Positions 61,106 to 64,000 of a DNA stretch of 64,000 nt are shown piece by piece. Made by a program: the position numbers and the translations under genes. Position 1 is the stretch's first letter. Each line of letters begins with the position of its first letter. The notes below the pieces were generated by a model, which was not told where the DNA came from, did no database searches, and worked only from the letters and a program-made list of their open reading frames with translations. Origin of the DNA: Candidatus Poribacteria bacterium (GTDB lineage Bacteria > Poribacteria > WGA-4E > WGA-3G); contig CAXXUA010000015.1 in assembly GCA_963663765.2 (NCBI GenBank), positions 320,001 to 384,000 of the forward strand, read 5' to 3'.

Positions 61106-64000
61106 TCAGTTTGATTGATTATTTTTCTTTTTCTTATTTCCCGCCTTTTTAGGGGCTGCTTGTCCATTACCGTTTTCTATAGCCGATGCAGCTTTCTTCA
61201 GTTCCTCTAATCCCTCTACAAGTATTGCAATTCGTTCTGAGAGTGTTGGCTCTTGCTCTTCGTCTTCTACAACTTCGGTATCATTTAAATCAGTAGATGG
61301 ATTGCTTAAAAACATTTTTTCTAAAGCTAAATCAAAGGACAAATCAGCTGCCAGTTCGTGATCAGCTGCTTTAACAACAATAGTTTGAAGTGTAGGTAGA
61401 TGTAAAATAGGATCAGTTTCGTCTGTGCTTCCATTTTTCTTTTTGTCGGTACGTTCAAAGTAGATTGGTTCAACATAAAAAATACCTTCCTCAATCGGAA
61501 TTACATGTAAATTGCCTCGGATGATTTTGTTTGGTTTCCAATTTCGGAATAATTCAGCTAATTCAGAATTCTTTGGGATATCATCTTCAACGTGTTTCGG
61601 ACCTTTTACATTCAAATCATCTGGAAGTGTATAGACAATACGTTGTCCATAATTTGGAGGGTCACAACGGGCAATTAACCATCCTTTCATAAAGTTTTCT
61701 TTACGAGGTGGTGTGAAGGGTATCATGTTAACAAATTCTATTTTTTCCTCTCCGGGTAACTTTAGCATGATATAATACGGCATCATTTCTTGATCAGGTG
61801 AATCAGAATAATATGCTTCCTTTGGAATTCTCCATTGTTTGTTTCTATGGAAAAAGGTTTCAGCATTTTCAACATGATAATTGCCATACATTTTAGCTTG
61901 AATTCGAGTCAGGTAATCCGGGAACCGACGGTGCTCTTTCAACCCATCAGGCATTTCATCAATATTTTTAAATAGATTTGGAAATGCTCTTTTATAGATT
62001 TCTGTTATTGTTTCATCAACAATGTCAGTATAATAGTTTACATCACCATTATATGCATTCACAACTGCCACTCCAGAATTTCTAATATAGTTAAATCTCT
62101 TGAATCTTTTATAGCGAGGTTCAGCATATAGTTCTACACCATTTTCTTCAATTGGAGCTGTATCGTCGGTATAGAATTGAGCATTTGGAAATTTATCACT
62201 AGTAACGTAAAAGTCAACTAACCACCACAATTTTCCATCATGTATAACTATATATGGATCTGGGTCATAATCAAGAAATGGAGCAATATGTGATAAACGG
62301 TCTTTTACAAGTTTTCTGTTACTTCGCGTTCCAATTTTGCGAGCAAACATAATTCTACTTTCTGGCTTCAAGGCAGAATTACGCAATATATAAACTGAAG
62401 TGAAACGAACAGCAAAACATAACCTTCTGAAAAACCCACCTAACTCAATTCCACCCGTACCAGTATAGTGATAGCCTTTTTCTGTATATTTCGATTTTTC
62501 GTCCTGTTTTGATTCATTCTTTTTATTCTTCTTATTGGTCTGACTAGTATCAGAGGTCTTTCCTTCTTCCAATTCCACGTTGTATTCAGGTTTTTTTGTA
62601 TTGACTATAACATATTCATCTGTCATTTCACCATAGTATATCCGTGGTTGCTCTACTTCTAATTCTTGATATGACATACCTTCTTTTTGAGTAATTGGTA
62701 CACCTTTAACCCATAAGTCTGGAGAACTGCCTCCACTTACAACTTCATTTACAGGTGCAACACAAACACCGTAACCGTGTGTAAATTTTAGCTTAAGTTC
62801 TCCCCATTCTTTTGGTCCTTTGTCAGGAGAAATTTCACGAGCAGCAATCATCACTTGTCTATATTGTTCTGAAGATACTGAAAGTATATCACCTTGATCT
62901 TGACCGATACTAGTGGATTCATTTGAATCAGTATCTTGTGTATTTTCTTCAGATCCAAGTGTTCTACCAAGGTGGTATCTATCAACATCAGTGTAGGGAT
63001 GAAATTCATGGTGTAATTTTATTTCTTCATTCCGAAAAATATTGTATAGTACTCTACGGTCCCAAAATTGGATGTTGTTTTTTACATCCGGATTCCGTTC
63101 AATTATATCAAGTGTAGCTAGTCCTTTTTCATAAGGTTTTTTTACAATTTTATCTAAATCGTAAGCTATGCGTGTATCTTTCATGTGATCAGTTAAATAG
63201 ACCTGTTCAACTGGATATGCTTCACCTGCAGTCCTAACTGCCCAAAAATTTACTCCTATAGGATATAAGTGAATTAATGTAATATAACTTGTAATCCAAA
63301 GAGTTATTAATGCATACCATATTATTCGTCTCCTCCAGAACAAATTTATTAGTAAGAATAGACCGATAGCAAGAAGAATAGCAGCATAAATATATGTAGA
63401 AAAAGCAAGTTTGTCATCTGCAAAGAAAATACCAGTAAGATGTGATATTCGTCTTGATAAAGAATGTGTATAAACCTTGCCCCAAAGATTTACTTGGCTT
63501 CTCCAGATTTCAACTGCTAACAACAGTATCCAGAGAAAGCTGCCATGCAAGACGATGTGCCTTTTCACGCGTCCCATAGAACGTGCATCCCGGCGATAGT
63601 AAAAGTTGTAGAGTAAACCAACAACTGCGCAAGTTACCAATACCATAATTTGCATCCAAAGACTGACTGCTTGATGAATTGGGAAGGAAAATAGAAAGAA
63701 ATTTCGGTCTTTGCCATATAAGAATGGTTCTATTTTCTCGGTTGGACGTTCTAAAAAGCGGATGAAGGTATCATGTAAAGACATCATTGGGACAGCAAGA
63801 ATGATAGCAAGTAGAATTGTACCTACAACAAGAGTCTTGTGAAAGGACTTAGTTCGATCATGTGTCCAACGTGAAAACTCTCGTGGTTCAGGACATAGAC
63901 GATTTGCTATGAAAGCATTTACGTTCATTAATGCTACAGCAACGAAGAAAAATCCAGCGAAAAGACCCCACTTTATTTTTCTTATAGTCCAGAAAACATC
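61106..64000 (-). CDS. UPF0182-family membrane protein (5' end probably outside the window)
   Basis: FFLFSFP, DVDRY, AARE, THGYG, PRIYYGE, APFLDYDPDPY, FNYIRNS, AYNGDV, MMPYY, YVEPIY. Confidence 0.9.
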   Translation of the reverse strand, partial: DVFWTIRKIKWGLFAGFFFVAVALMNVNAFIANRLCPEPREFSRWTHDRTKSFHKTLVVGTILLAIILAVPMMSLHDTFIRFLERPTEKIEPFLYGKDRNFFLFSFPIHQAVSLWMQIMVLVTCAVVGLLYNFYYRRDARSMGRVKRHIVLHGSFLWILLLAVEIWRSQVNLWGKVYTHSLSRRISHLTGIFFADDKLAFSTYIYAAILLAIGLFLLINLFWRRRIIWYALITLWITSYITLIHLYPIGVNFWAVRTAGEAYPVEQVYLTDHMKDTRIAYDLDKIVKKPYEKGLATLDIIERNPDVKNNIQFWDRRVLYNIFRNEEIKLHHEFHPYTDVDRYHLGRTLGSEENTQDTDSNESTSIGQDQGDILSVSSEQYRQVMIAAREISPDKGPKEWGELKLKFTHGYGVCVAPVNEVVSGGSSPDLWVKGVPITQKEGMSYQELEVEQPRIYYGEMTDEYVIVNTKKPEYNVELEEGKTSDTSQTNKKNKKNESKQDEKSKYTEKGYHYTGTGGIELGGFFRRLCFAVRFTSVYILRNSALKPESRIMFARKIGTRSNRKLVKDRLSHIAPFLDYDPDPYIVIHDGKLWWLVDFYVTSDKFPNAQFYTDDTAPIEENGVELYAEPRYKRFKRFNYIRNSGVAVVNAYNGDVNYYTDIVDETITEIYKRAFPNLFKNIDEMPDGLKEHRRFPDYLTRIQAKMYGNYHVENAETFFHRNKQWRIPKEAYYSDSPDQEMMPYYIMLKLPGEEKIEFVNMIPFTPPRKENFMKGWLIARCDPPNYGQRIVYTLPDDLNVKGPKHVEDDIPKNSELAELFRNWKPNKIIRGNLHVIPIEEGIFYVEPIYFERTDKKKNGSTDETDPILHLPTLQTIVVKAADHELAADLSFDLALEKMFLSNPSTDLNDTEVVEDEEQEPTLSERIAILVEGLEELKKAASAIENGNGQAAPKKAGNKKKKNNQSN

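Noticed and set aside
1-64000. tRNA, rRNA, prophage or integrase genes
   Set aside because: None recognised by eye; a tRNAscan/Infernal run would be needed to exclude small RNAs

Overview
AT-rich bacterial chromosomal window. It is probably from Ca. Poribacteria or a relative (inference from the many secreted LamG/TPR/NHL/ASPIC-UnbV proteins and a shared C-terminal V-D-x3-K-[LF]-x-T-T-W-G-x-L-K tail). Most of it is housekeeping and envelope genes: uvrB, class A PBP, GT9, potBC, tatA, trxB, moaC, MoxR, HtrA and UPF0182. The centre (about 15.8-31.5 kb) is accessory. It starts with a 1.2-kb nest of REP/MITE repeats, followed by a rhodanese-MoeB gene whose conserved Cys codon is an in-frame TGA with a SECIS-like hairpin (probable selenoprotein). 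A 13-kb defence island follows: an Rpn nuclease with tandem C-terminal cassettes carrying internal RBS/ATG starts, then a type III-like RM pair. The mod gene has an in-frame TAG, and two paralogous ABC-ATPase(DUF3696-like)/PIN-nuclease modules sit between mod and res; an intact ISAs1 knocks out the second PIN gene. The RM-embedded ATPase-PIN modules are the best candidate for an undescribed system. Intergenic MITEs also carry interchangeable 10-11 bp cores flanked by AT at palindrome centres. No rRNA, tRNA or CRISPR array was seen. All family assignments come from reading motifs by eye; no database searches were run.
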